Assembly (NCBI GenBank): GCA_013336165.1
Contig: JAAXUF010000008.1
Span: 4,538-68,537, forward strand
Reading direction: 5' to 3'
Length of the DNA: 64,000 bases
Source of the DNA: Coriobacteriia bacterium
Lineage (GTDB): Bacteria; Actinomycetota; Coriobacteriia; Anaerosomatales; JAAXUF01
The stretch's first letter is position 1; every line of letters begins with the position of its first letter. A model generated the notes under the pieces. The model ran no database searches, was not told where the DNA came from, and worked only from the letters and a program-made list of their open reading frames with translations. The translations under genes were made by a program, and so were the position numbers. This document shows, in pieces, positions 18,138-28,351 of the stretch.

Positions 18138-20758
18138 ATTCGGTGGACATACGTGAGAAATACCTTTCATTCTTCGAGAGCAAGGGCTGCCGCAGGCTTC
18201 CGTCATCTTCGCTGATTCCGGACGACCCCTCACTGCTTCTGACCACGGCCGGTATGGTGCAGTTCAAGCCTGTGTTCCTCGGCGCGAAGAACCTCGGGTT
18301 CACACGCGCCACGACCGTGCAGAAGTGCGTCCGCACCACCGATATCGACATCATCGGTACGACGGGGAGGCATCACAGCTTCTTCGAGATGCTCGGCAAC
18401 TTCTCCTTTGGCGACTACTTCAAGTCCGAGGCGTGCGCTTGGGCGTGGGAGTTCTCGACCGGTGTTCTCGGGCTGGATCCGGACCGTCTCTGGGTCTCGA
18501 TATTTGAAGACGACGACGAAGCCGAGAACATCTGGATCAACGAAGTCGGTGTTTCCGCCGATCGGATCGTACGGATGGGAGCGAAGGACAACTTCTGGTC
18601 GGCCGGACCTACGGGCCCCTGCGGACCATGCTCCGAGCTCTACTACGACCAAGGGCCTGAGGTCGGTTGCGGCAGCGCCGAGTGCGCGGTCGGGTGCGAC
18701 TGCGACCGATTCCTTGAGTATTGGAACCTCGTCTTCATGCAGTACGACAGGGCCGAGGACGGCACGCTATCGCCCCTGCCCAAGAAGAACATCGACACCG
18801 GCATGGGCCTTGAGCGCATCGCCGGCATTCTGCAAGGCGTGCGCTCGAACTTCGAGACCGACATCCTGCGCTCGCTGATGACGCTTGCCGGGGAAATCAC
18901 CGGTACCCTGTACGGCGCGGGCGAGAAGTCTGACACCTCGCTGCGCATCATCGCCGACCACGCTCGCGCGGTGACGTTCCTTATCGCCGACGGCGTCATC
19001 CCGTCCAACGAAGGCCGGGGTTACGTGCTTCGCAGGCTCCTGCGGCGTGGAGTGCGGCACGGCAGGTTGCTCGGGGTCGAGGATGCGTTTCTCGTGCGGC
19101 TCGTCGATCTCGTCATCGAGCTCATGGGTGCCGCCTATCCCGAGATTGTCGAGCATCGCGATCTCATCGAAGGTATCGTGGAGAGCGAAGAGGAGAGATT
19201 TGGCGTCACGCTTCGTCAGGGCATGGGCTTCCTCGAGACGGAGCTCGAAAGGCTCGCCAACTCCGGCGGCGGCACGCTGGACGGCAACACAGCGTTCGCG
19301 CTTCACGACACCTACGGTTTCCCGTTCGAGCTGACCGCCGAGATCGCCGCCGAGAAGGGCGTCGCGGTCGACGTCGACTCCTTCACTAGCGCGATGGAAG
19401 CGCAACGCAATCGTGCTCGCGCGGCGGTCAAGGACGATTCGTGGACAGCTTTTGGCGGCGTGGCTGCTCAGGTCGCGAAGGAGCGCGGCGCAACCGACTT
19501 CGTGGGGTATGAGCACGATGAGACCGCTGCGCACGTCATTGCGCTCATTCGCGGGGGTGAGCGCGTCGAGGCGCTGCTGGCGGGCGAGCTGGGCGAGATC
19601 GTGCTTGACCGGACCTCGTTTTACGGCGAGCAGGGAGGTCAGGTCGGCGACATCGGCACAATCACCGGTGACGAGGCGGTGTTCATCGTCGAGGACACGA
19701 AGATAGCGCAGGGGGTCATCACGCATCTGGGCCACGTCGAGTCAGGGACCCTTCATGTGGGTGAAGACGTGCATGCAGTGATCGACGTGTTGCGCCGCGA
19801 GCGCATTCGCAGAAACCATACGGCGACCCATCTACTGCACTGGGCGCTGCGGCTCGTTCTCGGCCAGCATGCCAAACAGGCCGGTTCATACGTCACTCCC
19901 GAGCGGCTGCGGTTCGACTTCACGCACTTCGAGGGCATGACGCGCGAGCAGCTCGACAAGGTCGAACGCCTGGTCAACGCCAAGATCTTCGAGAACCATC
20001 CCGTCAGGGCATACGAGACGTCGATCACATTCGCGCGCGAATCCGGCGTGACCGCGCTGTTCGGCGAGAAATATGGCGAGTTCGTGCGCGTGCTCGAGAT
20101 AGGCAACTTCTCCAAGGAGTTGTGCGGCGGCACTCATATCGCACGGACCACCGAAATCGGCCTCGTGAAGATCGTCTCGGAATCCAGCGTGGGGGCCAAT
20201 CTGCGCCGGATCGAGGCGGTTTCCTCATTCGATGCTTATGATCTCGTCCTGCGTGAGGAAGCTGAGCTCATCGAAGCTGCCGATCTCCTGAAAGTGCCGC
20301 GATTTGACACGGCGGAACGCGTGAGTGCTCTCTTGACGCACAGCAAGGAGCTTCAAGCCAAAGAAGGCTCGCGTCTGCGTGCTGTGGCAGACAACGTCGT
20401 TGACGAACTGTTCGGGCAGGCCGAGAACGTCGGCTACCCGGTGGTTATCGCGCAGGTTCCGTCGGTAGATGCCAAGGCGATGCGCGCGCTCGCGGATTCG
20501 TTGCGCAGTCGCCTTGAAGGCGGTGCGGTCTTCCTCGCGACCACCGAACCCGCTGGCGGCACCCCACTGCTGCTGGCGGCCGGCTCCGATGAGGCGGTTG
20601 CGGCCGGTTTCGACGCGGGTGCCGTGATTCGCGCTGCGGCCGTGGCGGTCAAGGGTGGCGGCGGCGGAAAGCCGCAGATGGCGCAAGCCGGCGGCAAGGA
20701 CGCCGCGGGCATCGATGAAGCGCTTCGCATCGCCCGCGAGACCCTCGGCGCGAGATAG
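18134..20758 (+). CDS. alaS: Alanine--tRNA ligase
   Basis: 874 aa. Shows 'FKPVFLG', 'RHHSFFEMLGNFSFGDYFK', 'WNLVFMQY', the editing-domain 'HTATHLLH', and a C-terminal DHHA1-like 'GGGGGKPQMAQAGG'. Confidence 0.97.
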   Translation: MNSVDIREKYLSFFESKGCRRLPSSSLIPDDPSLLLTTAGMVQFKPVFLGAKNLGFTRATTVQKCVRTTDIDIIGTTGRHHSFFEMLGNFSFGDYFKSEACAWAWEFSTGVLGLDPDRLWVSIFEDDDEAENIWINEVGVSADRIVRMGAKDNFWSAGPTGPCGPCSELYYDQGPEVGCGSAECAVGCDCDRFLEYWNLVFMQYDRAEDGTLSPLPKKNIDTGMGLERIAGILQGVRSNFETDILRSLMTLAGEITGTLYGAGEKSDTSLRIIADHARAVTFLIADGVIPSNEGRGYVLRRLLRRGVRHGRLLGVEDAFLVRLVDLVIELMGAAYPEIVEHRDLIEGIVESEEERFGVTLRQGMGFLETELERLANSGGGTLDGNTAFALHDTYGFPFELTAEIAAEKGVAVDVDSFTSAMEAQRNRARAAVKDDSWTAFGGVAAQVAKERGATDFVGYEHDETAAHVIALIRGGERVEALLAGELGEIVLDRTSFYGEQGGQVGDIGTITGDEAVFIVEDTKIAQGVITHLGHVESGTLHVGEDVHAVIDVLRRERIRRNHTATHLLHWALRLVLGQHAKQAGSYVTPERLRFDFTHFEGMTREQLDKVERLVNAKIFENHPVRAYETSITFARESGVTALFGEKYGEFVRVLEIGNFSKELCGGTHIARTTEIGLVKIVSESSVGANLRRIEAVSSFDAYDLVLREEAELIEAADLLKVPRFDTAERVSALLTHSKELQAKEGSRLRAVADNVVDELFGQAENVGYPVVIAQVPSVDAKAMRALADSLRSRLEGGAVFLATTEPAGGTPLLLAAGSDEAVAAGFDAGAVIRAAAVAVKGGGGGKPQMAQAGGKDAAGIDEALRIARETLGAR

Positions 20759-20772
20759 GGGCTGAGGCGCGC

Positions 20773-21216
20773 ATGCGCGTGCTGGGTCTTGATATCGGCG
20801 AGAAGCGGATCGGAGTGGCCATTTCCGACCCTTCTGGGCGCGTCGCAATGCCGCTCGTGGTACTGGATGCGAAGGCTGTACTTCGGGACGGCGGCGAGCT
20901 GGTTCACCTCATTGCCGACTACGAAGTGGAGTCTGTCCTGATCGGATTGCCGCTCTCGCTCGATGGGAGCGAGAACCGGCAGGCAGAAGAAGTTCGCCGA
21001 GCAGGCAGAAGGTTGGCTCGGTTCTTGCCTGTTCCTCTTGTGTACTTTGACGAGCGGTTTTCCTCGGCCGAGGCACGCCGCGCGATGAGTACGGCGGGGC
21101 TCTCGGACCAAGAGCAGCGCGGGCGGGTCGACATGGTCGCCGCGTCACTTTTCCTGCAGGCCTACCTGGATCGTCTCGCGTGCAGCGGGAAGAGCGGAGA
21201 GCTTCAAAATGGTTGA
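20773..21216 (+). CDS. ruvX: Holliday junction resolvase-like / pre-16S rRNA nuclease RuvX (YqgF)
   Basis: 'MRVLGLDIGEKRIGVAISD' and 'VLIGLPLSLDGSE' are RuvX hallmarks. It follows alaS, as in many genomes. Confidence 0.9.
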   Translation: MRVLGLDIGEKRIGVAISDPSGRVAMPLVVLDAKAVLRDGGELVHLIADYEVESVLIGLPLSLDGSENRQAEEVRRAGRRLARFLPVPLVYFDERFSSAEARRAMSTAGLSDQEQRGRVDMVAASLFLQAYLDRLACSGKSGELQNG

Positions 21217-22345
21217 GGAAAGGCCGAGAAGGCATCGGAGAAGCGCCGTGTCCACACCGGTATCGGAGCCGCGGCGGCAGCAACGCGAACCGCGCCGTCG
21301 GTCGAAGAGAACCGTTGTGGCAGCGATCCTTTCGCTGGTGCTTGTGGCCGTCTTGGCGGTTGCGCTTATCGCTTGGCTCGGGTTTTTCCGGCCGGAAAGC
21401 TCGCTTGCGGCTGGCACGAATGTCACCGTCACGATAAGCAGCGGCTCCAGCACGTCCGAGATCGCGCGCGTTTTAGCGTCAAGCGGCGTTGTGGCCAACA
21501 GCAACATGTTCCTGTGGCGTGTGCGTCAGATGAACGCGGGTTCCGACCTCAAGTCGGGGACCTACCAGCTCGCGGCCAAGATGCCCTACGAGCTGGTCAT
21601 CGACCGCCTCAAGGCGGGGCCTGAGAAAGTGGTGCTCGACACCATCACAGTTACAATCCCGGAAGGCTTCAGGCTCAAAGACGTCGCTGCGCGCGTAGAG
21701 AGCAAGCTCGGCATTCCGGCTGCCGACTTCCTTGCGCTCGCGAGCAAGGGCGCCGAGAAGTTCTCGGCGAAGCACCCTGCCGTCAAGGGCGCGTACGGCG
21801 GGTCGCTGGAAGGCTTCCTGTTCCCCAAGACATACGAGTTCGAGCGCAGCGCGACGGCTACCGCCGTGATCGAGACGATGCTCGCGCAGTTCGACAAGGA
21901 AGTCGCCCAAGTCGACATGACCGCCGCGAACAAGGCCGGTTACTCGCTGTCCCAGATCGTGACGATGGCGTCCATCATCGAGAAGGAAACCAAGCTCGAT
22001 GAGGAACGGCCACTGGTGTCTTCGGTCATCTACAACCGGCTCGCCCTCAAGTGGAAGCTGCAGATGTGTTCTACGGTGCAGATTCTGCTCCCCGCCGAGA
22101 AGTTCCGGTTAAGCGACCAGGATCTCAAGATTGTGAGCCCCTATAACACGTACCTGAACAACGGGTTGCCGCCGGGACCGATCGCGAACCCCGGTCTTGC
22201 GTCTCTCAAGGCCGCCGCGAACCCCGCGAAGTCCGACTACTTGTATTATGTGCTGACAGGCAAAGACGGCTCTCAGACGTTCGCGTCTAACGACAAGGAC
22301 TTCCAGGCCGCCAAGAAGAAGTCGCTGGAGGTGTTCGGGCAGTAA
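21209..22345 (+). CDS. mltG: Endolytic murein transglycosylase MltG (YceG-like)
   Basis: N-terminal basic and TM region, then 'ASIIEKET', 'VIYNRL', and 'SPYNTYLNNGLPPGPIANPG'. Confidence 0.9.
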   Translation: MVEERPRRHRRSAVSTPVSEPRRQQREPRRRSKRTVVAAILSLVLVAVLAVALIAWLGFFRPESSLAAGTNVTVTISSGSSTSEIARVLASSGVVANSNMFLWRVRQMNAGSDLKSGTYQLAAKMPYELVIDRLKAGPEKVVLDTITVTIPEGFRLKDVAARVESKLGIPAADFLALASKGAEKFSAKHPAVKGAYGGSLEGFLFPKTYEFERSATATAVIETMLAQFDKEVAQVDMTAANKAGYSLSQIVTMASIIEKETKLDEERPLVSSVIYNRLALKWKLQMCSTVQILLPAEKFRLSDQDLKIVSPYNTYLNNGLPPGPIANPGLASLKAAANPAKSDYLYYVLTGKDGSQTFASNDKDFQAAKKKSLEVFGQ

Positions 22346-23316
22346 TGGGTGTAGGCGACGGTGGGGAATCGCTTCTGGCCGTACTGATAAAAGACGCTCG
22401 CAAGGACTACGGAAAAGCCGCCGGCGGACGCCGCGAAGCGGTCAAAGACGTGTCGCTCGCGGTTTCGCGCGGGACGATCCATGGGCTTCTGGGTCCCAAC
22501 GGCGCCGGCAAGACCACGACGCTCAAGATGCTTCTGGGCCTCGTTCGCCCGTCCGGCGGACGATTCGAGATCCTCGGCGTGCCGGCAGCACAACCTGAAG
22601 CGCGCGCCCGGGTCGGCTTTCTGCCCGAGCAGCCGTACTTTCCCGCCCAGCTGACGGCCTCTGAGGCGATGACGCTCTATGGCCGTCTCGCGGGCTTAAC
22701 TCGCTCAGCGATTGCCGAGCAGACCGGCGATCTCTTGGATCGTGTGGGACTTGATGGCCGCCAGACGACGCAACTCTCGAAGTTCTCCCGCGGCATGCTC
22801 CAGCGCTTGGGTCTTGCCACGGCACTTCTCGGCTCGCCTGAACTGCTGGTCCTCGACGAGCCGGGTTCCGGCTTAGATCCCATAGGACAGCGCGACATCC
22901 GCAACCTCATGCTCGACTTCAAGGCCGAGGGCGTCACTGTCCTGCTGTCTTCGCACCAGCTCTCTGAGGTCGAGGCCGTTTCCGACGAGGTCACGATTCT
23001 CAACCGCGGCCGAGTCGCCGCTAGGGGCCAGATCGATACGCTGCTCAATGTTGCGGGCCAGGTCTCGGTGACCGCTCGCGGCGAAGGCTCACTTCCGGTG
23101 GCTGTGACCGACGCGGTTACCGATGTGGCCGTCACGGGCGCCACGTCTGTCTTCTCGGTGCCGTGCGGCCGCGTGCGCGGTGTTGTGGATGCTCTAGATG
23201 ATGCCGGCTGGAGCCTCGTGTCTGTGGCGCCCAAGCGTTCTTCTCTTGAAGACTACTTCGCGCGGCTGCTTGACGACTCCGCCGAGGACGTCGGTAAGGG
23301 GGGTGACGCCCGATGA
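22345..23316 (+). CDS. ABC transporter ATP-binding protein
   Basis: Walker A 'GPNGAGKTT', signature 'FSRGMLQRLGLA', Walker B 'LLVLDEPGSGLD'. Confidence 0.9.
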   Translation: MGVGDGGESLLAVLIKDARKDYGKAAGGRREAVKDVSLAVSRGTIHGLLGPNGAGKTTTLKMLLGLVRPSGGRFEILGVPAAQPEARARVGFLPEQPYFPAQLTASEAMTLYGRLAGLTRSAIAEQTGDLLDRVGLDGRQTTQLSKFSRGMLQRLGLATALLGSPELLVLDEPGSGLDPIGQRDIRNLMLDFKAEGVTVLLSSHQLSEVEAVSDEVTILNRGRVAARGQIDTLLNVAGQVSVTARGEGSLPVAVTDAVTDVAVTGATSVFSVPCGRVRGVVDALDDAGWSLVSVAPKRSSLEDYFARLLDDSAEDVGKGGDAR

Positions 23317-24047
23317 ACAAAATCCTAGCGATCGCCGCGGCCGTAATTGCGGATGCGGTTCGGCGCAAGGTGGTCTGGATCGTTGTGGTGTTTGGCGCCC
23401 TGCTGGCAATCGCGGTTCCCAGCCTGCCGAGTTACGGTGTGGGCGTGGTCTCGGCTGTGTATCGCGAAGTCTCCATCGCGCTGATGTGGGTCGCGGCGCT
23501 GGTTGTCTCCCTGGCGCTTTCCGCCACACGGATTCCCGCCGAGGTCGAGCATCGCACCGTCTTCAACGTGTTCTCGCGCGACGTGCGACGATGGCAGTAT
23601 CTGACCGGGACGTGGCTCGGCATGTTCGCAGTGGTGGGCGTGGCTTTGGTCGCGTTTGCACTGATGACGATCGGCATCGGCGCGCTGCAGTACCAAGAAT
23701 TCATGTGGAGGCTCTTTGAGGCGGCCTTTGCAGTGTGGCTTGAGATGGGCGTCGTGATCGCGTTCACCGTGATGATTTCGAGCGTCATGGGAGCTGTGAC
23801 CTCCGTCGTGGCCGCCTTGGCGTTCGTGTTCGTGGGTCATTCATACGTCAGCCTGCTGCAGATTCCCGAGACGCAGCGCGCGCCGTGGTGGATCCCGGGG
23901 CTCGACGTCTTCAACGTCATCAACCCCGTGGCGCACGGAACCGGCTACGGGCTCGTCTATGCAGCTTCGATGGTGCTGGTGTTCGCGGGCTGGATCGGGC
24001 TGCTGCTTCTCGGCGGAGGGGCGCTGTTCTCGAGGCGCGACCTGTGA
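23313..24047 (+). CDS. ABC-2-type transporter permease
   Basis: 244-aa polytopic membrane protein. Its start overlaps the ATPase stop (ATGA). Confidence 0.7.
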   Translation: MNKILAIAAAVIADAVRRKVVWIVVVFGALLAIAVPSLPSYGVGVVSAVYREVSIALMWVAALVVSLALSATRIPAEVEHRTVFNVFSRDVRRWQYLTGTWLGMFAVVGVALVAFALMTIGIGALQYQEFMWRLFEAAFAVWLEMGVVIAFTVMISSVMGAVTSVVAALAFVFVGHSYVSLLQIPETQRAPWWIPGLDVFNVINPVAHGTGYGLVYAASMVLVFAGWIGLLLLGGGALFSRRDL

Positions 24048-24697
24048 TCGCGCGCACCTCGCAGTCGGCACGGCTCGCGGGCGTTGTCGCCGCCGTGGTC
24101 TTGGCCGCGACGCTGGTGGGCTCACAGGCGCTGGCCGGAGCACATGCGCCGGCAGGGGGGGTGGCCTCCACCGGAAAACTCGTGGGTCAGACGAGCTCGG
24201 CGTATCTGGGCGGGCTGCGAACTTTCGCGGCCGCCGTCCTGTGGAACCGGATCGATCCCCAGTTCCATCAGTACTACGGGGCGTCGTTTGACGAGAGTTT
24301 TGGAACTTTCACGCCAACGGTGCGGATGGTACAGGCCCTTGATCCGCAGTTCATCCAAGCGTACTACGTTGCGGCATACTGGATCGCACGCCACAAGAGC
24401 GTGCCCGAGGGGCTTCAGATTGCTGAAGAGGGGATCGATAACAACCCCCAGTCCGGACTCATGCGCGCCAACTACGTGCAGATCGCTCTGTTGGCCGAGA
24501 CGCCCGACATGACCGAGATCATGAAGCAGGCCACGATCGGCATCGGCGCCGACATGCAGTGGGCGAGCCACGCCGATGAGTTCGAAGGCCTTGGCATCTT
24601 CTCGGCCGCATTCAACATCTCCGGTGATACTGCGACTGTGGCTAAGCTCAAGGCACGCCAGGCGGCGCTGCCGGACGACCCGGTTTCACCCGAGTAG
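24044..24697 (+). CDS. Hypothetical exported/membrane-anchored protein linked to the ABC pair
   Basis: ORF 23885..24697 trimmed to GTG 24044, which overlaps the permease stop (GTGA). There is an N-terminal hydrophobic segment 'LAGVVAAVVLAATLVG'. I recognised no domain. Confidence 0.45.
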   Translation: MIARTSQSARLAGVVAAVVLAATLVGSQALAGAHAPAGGVASTGKLVGQTSSAYLGGLRTFAAAVLWNRIDPQFHQYYGASFDESFGTFTPTVRMVQALDPQFIQAYYVAAYWIARHKSVPEGLQIAEEGIDNNPQSGLMRANYVQIALLAETPDMTEIMKQATIGIGADMQWASHADEFEGLGIFSAAFNISGDTATVAKLKARQAALPDDPVSPE

Positions 24698-24708
24698 AGA
24701 GGCTGCAG

Positions 24709-25200
24709 TTGACCCTGTCACCGGATCACTACCTTCGCGCGGTTAGCGACATCGACCTTGACGCTTTGGCGGCTCAAGGCATCGACACGCTCCTGATCGA
24801 TCTCGACAATACGCTGTTGCCGCGCGATACGAGTAGGATCTCGGACGAGGCATTCGCTTGGGCCGCCGAGATCAAGAGCCGGGGCTTTCGTGCCTGCCTG
24901 GTCTCGAACAACTGGCATGATCGGGTGTTCAATGCCGCAGACTCGCTCGGGTTCGAACTCGTCTCGAAGGCGATCAAGCCGTTGCCGTTCGCATTCTTGA
25001 TTGCGCTCAAGAAGACGGGGTCGTCTCGGCGTCGGGCGGCCGTGATCGGCGACCAGCTTTTCACTGATATCCTCGGCGGGAAGATGCTGGGCATGAAGAC
25101 GATTATGGTGCTGCCACTTTCGCCCAGCGATCTTGCTCACACGCTGCTTCTTCGCCGCCTGGAGCGAGTGGTTCTGGCGGGACGGCAGCCGCTCCCGTAG
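24709..25200 (+). CDS. YqeG-family HAD-IIIA phosphatase
   Basis: 'LLIDLDNTL' is HAD motif I. 'LVSNN' and 'AAVIGDQLFTDILGG' are also present. It sits directly upstream of aroE, as yqeG does in Bacillus (from memory). Confidence 0.8.
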   Translation: MTLSPDHYLRAVSDIDLDALAAQGIDTLLIDLDNTLLPRDTSRISDEAFAWAAEIKSRGFRACLVSNNWHDRVFNAADSLGFELVSKAIKPLPFAFLIALKKTGSSRRRAAVIGDQLFTDILGGKMLGMKTIMVLPLSPSDLAHTLLLRRLERVVLAGRQPLP

Positions 25201-25237
25201 GATGGACTGTAGCGTCCTCGTAAGGAGCCGACGAGAA

Positions 25238-26137
25238 GTGCCTCATATCAGCGGGAAAACGAAACTTGCCGGCGTCACCGGCCGGCCCTTGGATCACTCG
25301 CTTTCGCCTGCGATGCATAACGCGGCGTATGAGGATCTCGGCTTGGATTGGGTGTATGTTCCGCTTGAAGTCTCCGACGAGCGCGCGCTGGCCGATCTGG
25401 CGGCGGCGGTTCGGGTCCTCCCGTTCGTCGGATTCAATGTCACCATGCCCTACAAGCAGGCGATGCTCTCTTTGTGTGACGAGGTATCTTCAGAGGCGCG
25501 CGCGGCAGGGGCCGTCAACACGGTTTCACACGCCGACGGTTGGCTCATCGGTCACAACACTGATGGCATCGGACTGCTTGAGTCACTGCGAGTTGATGCG
25601 GGCTTCGATCCGGCAGGCAAGCGAGTGGTACTCCTCGGCGCGGGCGGTGCCGCGCGCGGCGCGCTGGCGGTCCTGTTGCTTGCAGGATGCGAGAGCGTGA
25701 CCGTCGTCAATCGCGACATGTCGCGAGCTGAGGCGCTCATCGATGACATGGCGTCGTGGATCGGGTCGGCCGCGGTGGATGCCGCGGAGCTCGGCGACGC
25801 CGCCGAGCAGGTCGCAGATGCGCACCTCGTCATCAACGCCACGCCCTTGGGGATGCGTCCCGATGACGCGAGCCCCGTGCCCATCGAGTGGCTACATGCC
25901 GGTTCCGTCGTCCTGGACATGGTGTACGGCACTCCGCGCCAGACGGCGCTTGTCGAAGGCGCACGCTCACGCGGTGCGATTGCGGTCGACGGTCTCGGCA
26001 TGCTGGTGCACCAAGGGGCCGCCGCCATCGACATCTGGAACGCGGCTGCCGAGGGGCCACGCGCGTCGCGTGACGTCATGCGCCGAGCGGCAGAAGATGC
26101 GCTTGCCGTGCGATTCCAGCCCGAGCCGAGAGGGTAG
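25238..26137 (+). CDS. aroE: Shikimate dehydrogenase
   Basis: ORF 25133..26137 trimmed to GTG 25238, preceded by the RBS 'taaggag'. Shows 'GRPLDHSLSPAMHNAAY', 'GFNVTMPYKQ', 'GHNTDGIG', and 'LLGAGGAARG'. Confidence 0.9.
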   Translation: MPHISGKTKLAGVTGRPLDHSLSPAMHNAAYEDLGLDWVYVPLEVSDERALADLAAAVRVLPFVGFNVTMPYKQAMLSLCDEVSSEARAAGAVNTVSHADGWLIGHNTDGIGLLESLRVDAGFDPAGKRVVLLGAGGAARGALAVLLLAGCESVTVVNRDMSRAEALIDDMASWIGSAAVDAAELGDAAEQVADAHLVINATPLGMRPDDASPVPIEWLHAGSVVLDMVYGTPRQTALVEGARSRGAIAVDGLGMLVHQGAAAIDIWNAAAEGPRASRDVMRRAAEDALAVRFQPEPRG

Positions 26138-26140
26138 ATC

Positions 26141-27814
26141 ATGGCGGTCACCCGAAGCACACGGCTCGGCAGGATTTTGGTCGGATCCGGTCTGATCAGC
26201 GAGAGCCAGCTTGCACAGGCGCTTGCGGTTTCGGGCGACCGGCCGCTGCCGGGCGTCCTGGAGGAATTGCATTTTGCGAGCGAGATCGCCGTGGCCAAAT
26301 CGATTGCCGAGGTCATGCACGTCGATTTCATCGACATCGCGTCATACGATCTTGACCCGAATGCGGCGATCACCCTGAAGCCTGATCTGATGAGACGCCA
26401 TCGCGTCTTGCCGGTGAAGATGCAAAACGGCGACCTCATTCTGGCGATGGCCGACCCGGCCGATCTGTTCGCGCTTGACGACGTTCGCATCGCCACGCGT
26501 AAGGAAATTCACCCGGTCGTCGCAGTCGAGCGCGACCTTCTGGCGGCCATAGAGCGTTTCACGGCCTCGCAAACCAACGTGAGCGGGATGGTGGGAGATC
26601 TTGAGGAGAGCGTCGGCTCGAACCTCGAAGACGAAGAGAGTGCCGAGGCGGGCGCGGAGTCGCCGGCTTCGCGTCTCATGAACCACATCGTGACAGATGC
26701 GATTCGCCGAGGGGCCGGCGACATCTACATCGAGCCAGGCGAGAACGACATGCGTATCCGGTTTCGCATCGACGGGGTATGTCAGGTGGTCGACGTCTTG
26801 CCCAAGAAGCTGCACCGCCAGCTCGTGAGCCGCCTGAAGATCAGCGCCGGTATGGACATTGCCGAGAGGCGCGTCCCGCAGGACGGCCGCTTTGGCGTCA
26901 CCCTCGACGGCAAGGCGATCGACTTTCGAGTCGCCGTTCTCCCTCTGGTCTACGGCGAGCTGGCCGTGCTTCGGCTACTCAGGCGCGATTCGATCATGAT
27001 GTCGCTCACGGACCTCGGCTTTCTTGAGCATAACCTCAAGCAGTTCCTGAACGCTCTCGCGCTGCCGTACGGCGCGATCCTTGTGACCGGGCCGACCGGC
27101 TCGGGCAAGTCGACCACGCTCTATGCTGCGATCAATGAGACGAGCGATCCCACAGCCAACCTCATCACCGTCGAGGATCCGGTCGAGTATCAGCTTGCAG
27201 GTCTTTCGCAGGTCCAAGTGAACGAGAAGGCCGGGCTCACCTTCGCCGCAGCACTGCGCTCGATTCTTCGCCAAGACCCGGACAAGGTGATGATCGGCGA
27301 GATTCGCGACAAAGAGACCGGCACGATCGCGATCGAGGCCGCACTAACCGGCCACTTGGTGTTGTCCACGCTACACACCAACGACGCCCCCTCGGCGATC
27401 ACGCGTCTGACCGAGATGGGCATTGAGCCGTTCCTCTCGGCGTCCGCGCTCACGCTGGTGATGGCACAGCGTCTTGCCCGGCGCCTGTGCCCCGACTGCA
27501 AAGAGGTGTATCGGCCGGATGAGGAAGCCTTGCGCCGAATCGGGTTCCCGTTCGAGCCGGGCAAGGTCCCGCAGCTGTATCGGGCGCGCGGGTGCCGCAA
27601 GTGCGGCGGGGTAGGGTACCGGGGGCGTCTTGGAATCCACGAAGTCATGACGATGTCCGAGTCGATCCGCCAGCTGGTGGTCAGCCGAGTTTCCGCCGAC
27701 GAAATCGCAAAGCAAGCTGTGCGCGAGGGGATGCTCACTCTGCGAGACGACGGATTCGCGAAAGTGGCCATGGGTCAGACGTCGATCGAAGAAGTCCTGC
27801 GCGTCGTAGTCTGA
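26141..27814 (+). CDS. pilB: Type IV pilus assembly ATPase, PilB/GspE family (copy 1)
   Basis: 557 aa. The N-terminal T2SSE_N-like region is 'LGRILVGSGLISESQLAQAL'. Walker A is 'GPTGSGKSTT'. Also 'VEDPVEY', 'IMIGEIRD', and the His box 'GHLVLSTLHTN'. The tetracysteine 'CPDC...CRKCGGVGYRGR' is typical of PilB/GspE rather than PilT. Confidence 0.92.
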   Translation: MAVTRSTRLGRILVGSGLISESQLAQALAVSGDRPLPGVLEELHFASEIAVAKSIAEVMHVDFIDIASYDLDPNAAITLKPDLMRRHRVLPVKMQNGDLILAMADPADLFALDDVRIATRKEIHPVVAVERDLLAAIERFTASQTNVSGMVGDLEESVGSNLEDEESAEAGAESPASRLMNHIVTDAIRRGAGDIYIEPGENDMRIRFRIDGVCQVVDVLPKKLHRQLVSRLKISAGMDIAERRVPQDGRFGVTLDGKAIDFRVAVLPLVYGELAVLRLLRRDSIMMSLTDLGFLEHNLKQFLNALALPYGAILVTGPTGSGKSTTLYAAINETSDPTANLITVEDPVEYQLAGLSQVQVNEKAGLTFAAALRSILRQDPDKVMIGEIRDKETGTIAIEAALTGHLVLSTLHTNDAPSAITRLTEMGIEPFLSASALTLVMAQRLARRLCPDCKEVYRPDEEALRRIGFPFEPGKVPQLYRARGCRKCGGVGYRGRLGIHEVMTMSESIRQLVVSRVSADEIAKQAVREGMLTLRDDGFAKVAMGQTSIEEVLRVVV

Positions 27815-27961
27815 TCCGGCCCGACACCTTGAGGCCTGCAGTCGACGGACGTTGTGCCTGACCCCCCTTCGTGAGAACATTCGAGCGCGTCCCGACACTT
27901 GCCGATAATCGAGTGGACCGGGCACACACCGTTGGAGACGAAGACCGAAAGGTACTCTGGG

Positions 27962-28336
27962 ATGAATGCAGTACTTGAGTCTCTCATCGGAAGCGAGCCT
28001 GAGATAGAAGCTGCGGCATTTGTTCGAGGCGACGGCGCTGTCGAATCCTCAACCTTCCGTTCGAAGGCGCAGGAATCTCGCATCGGGGCAATGGCCGCAG
28101 CGATCGTTGATGTGTGCAATCGTGCTTCCGCCGAAATCGGCCGAGGCGAGCCGACGGAGGTGGCCATCGCGGGTGCGGACGGCTACGTCGCGATTGTCTC
28201 GGCGAAGGATGATAGGTACTTGGTATGTGCGACTTCCTTGGCGGCCGACGTTCGTACCGTGTTGGCAACCATGCGGGTGGTAGTGGATTCGAGCCAGACT
28301 GCCGGAGAGTGCGTCTCGCCGGCTCAACAGGGGTAG
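27962..28336 (+). CDS. Roadblock/LC7 domain protein (MglB/CvnB-like)
   Basis: ORF 27899..28336 trimmed to ATG 27962. At 124 aa it matches the Roadblock size. The pattern is 'IEAAAFVRGDGAVESS...AMAAAIVDV...TEVAIAGADGYVAIVSAKDDRYLVC'. Confidence 0.72.
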   Translation: MNAVLESLIGSEPEIEAAAFVRGDGAVESSTFRSKAQESRIGAMAAAIVDVCNRASAEIGRGEPTEVAIAGADGYVAIVSAKDDRYLVCATSLAADVRTVLATMRVVVDSSQTAGECVSPAQQG

Positions 28337-28351
28337 GGGCGAGCGCTCCAC

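Noticed and set aside
23885-24043. The N-terminal 53 codons of ORF 23885..24697, which overlap the ABC permease
   Set aside because: This part overlaps the permease gene in another frame and translates to Arg-rich sequence. GTG 24044 overlaps the permease stop (GTGA) and is followed by a signal-anchor-like segment. I trimmed the ORF.
26141-27814. The possibility that one of the two pilus ATPases is the retraction ATPase PilT
   Set aside because: Both are 557 aa, both have an N-terminal GspE-N-like domain, and both have the tetracysteine motif. PilT/PilU proteins are ~350 aa and lack both features. Neither gene was called pilT. A functional retraction role cannot be excluded from sequence alone.
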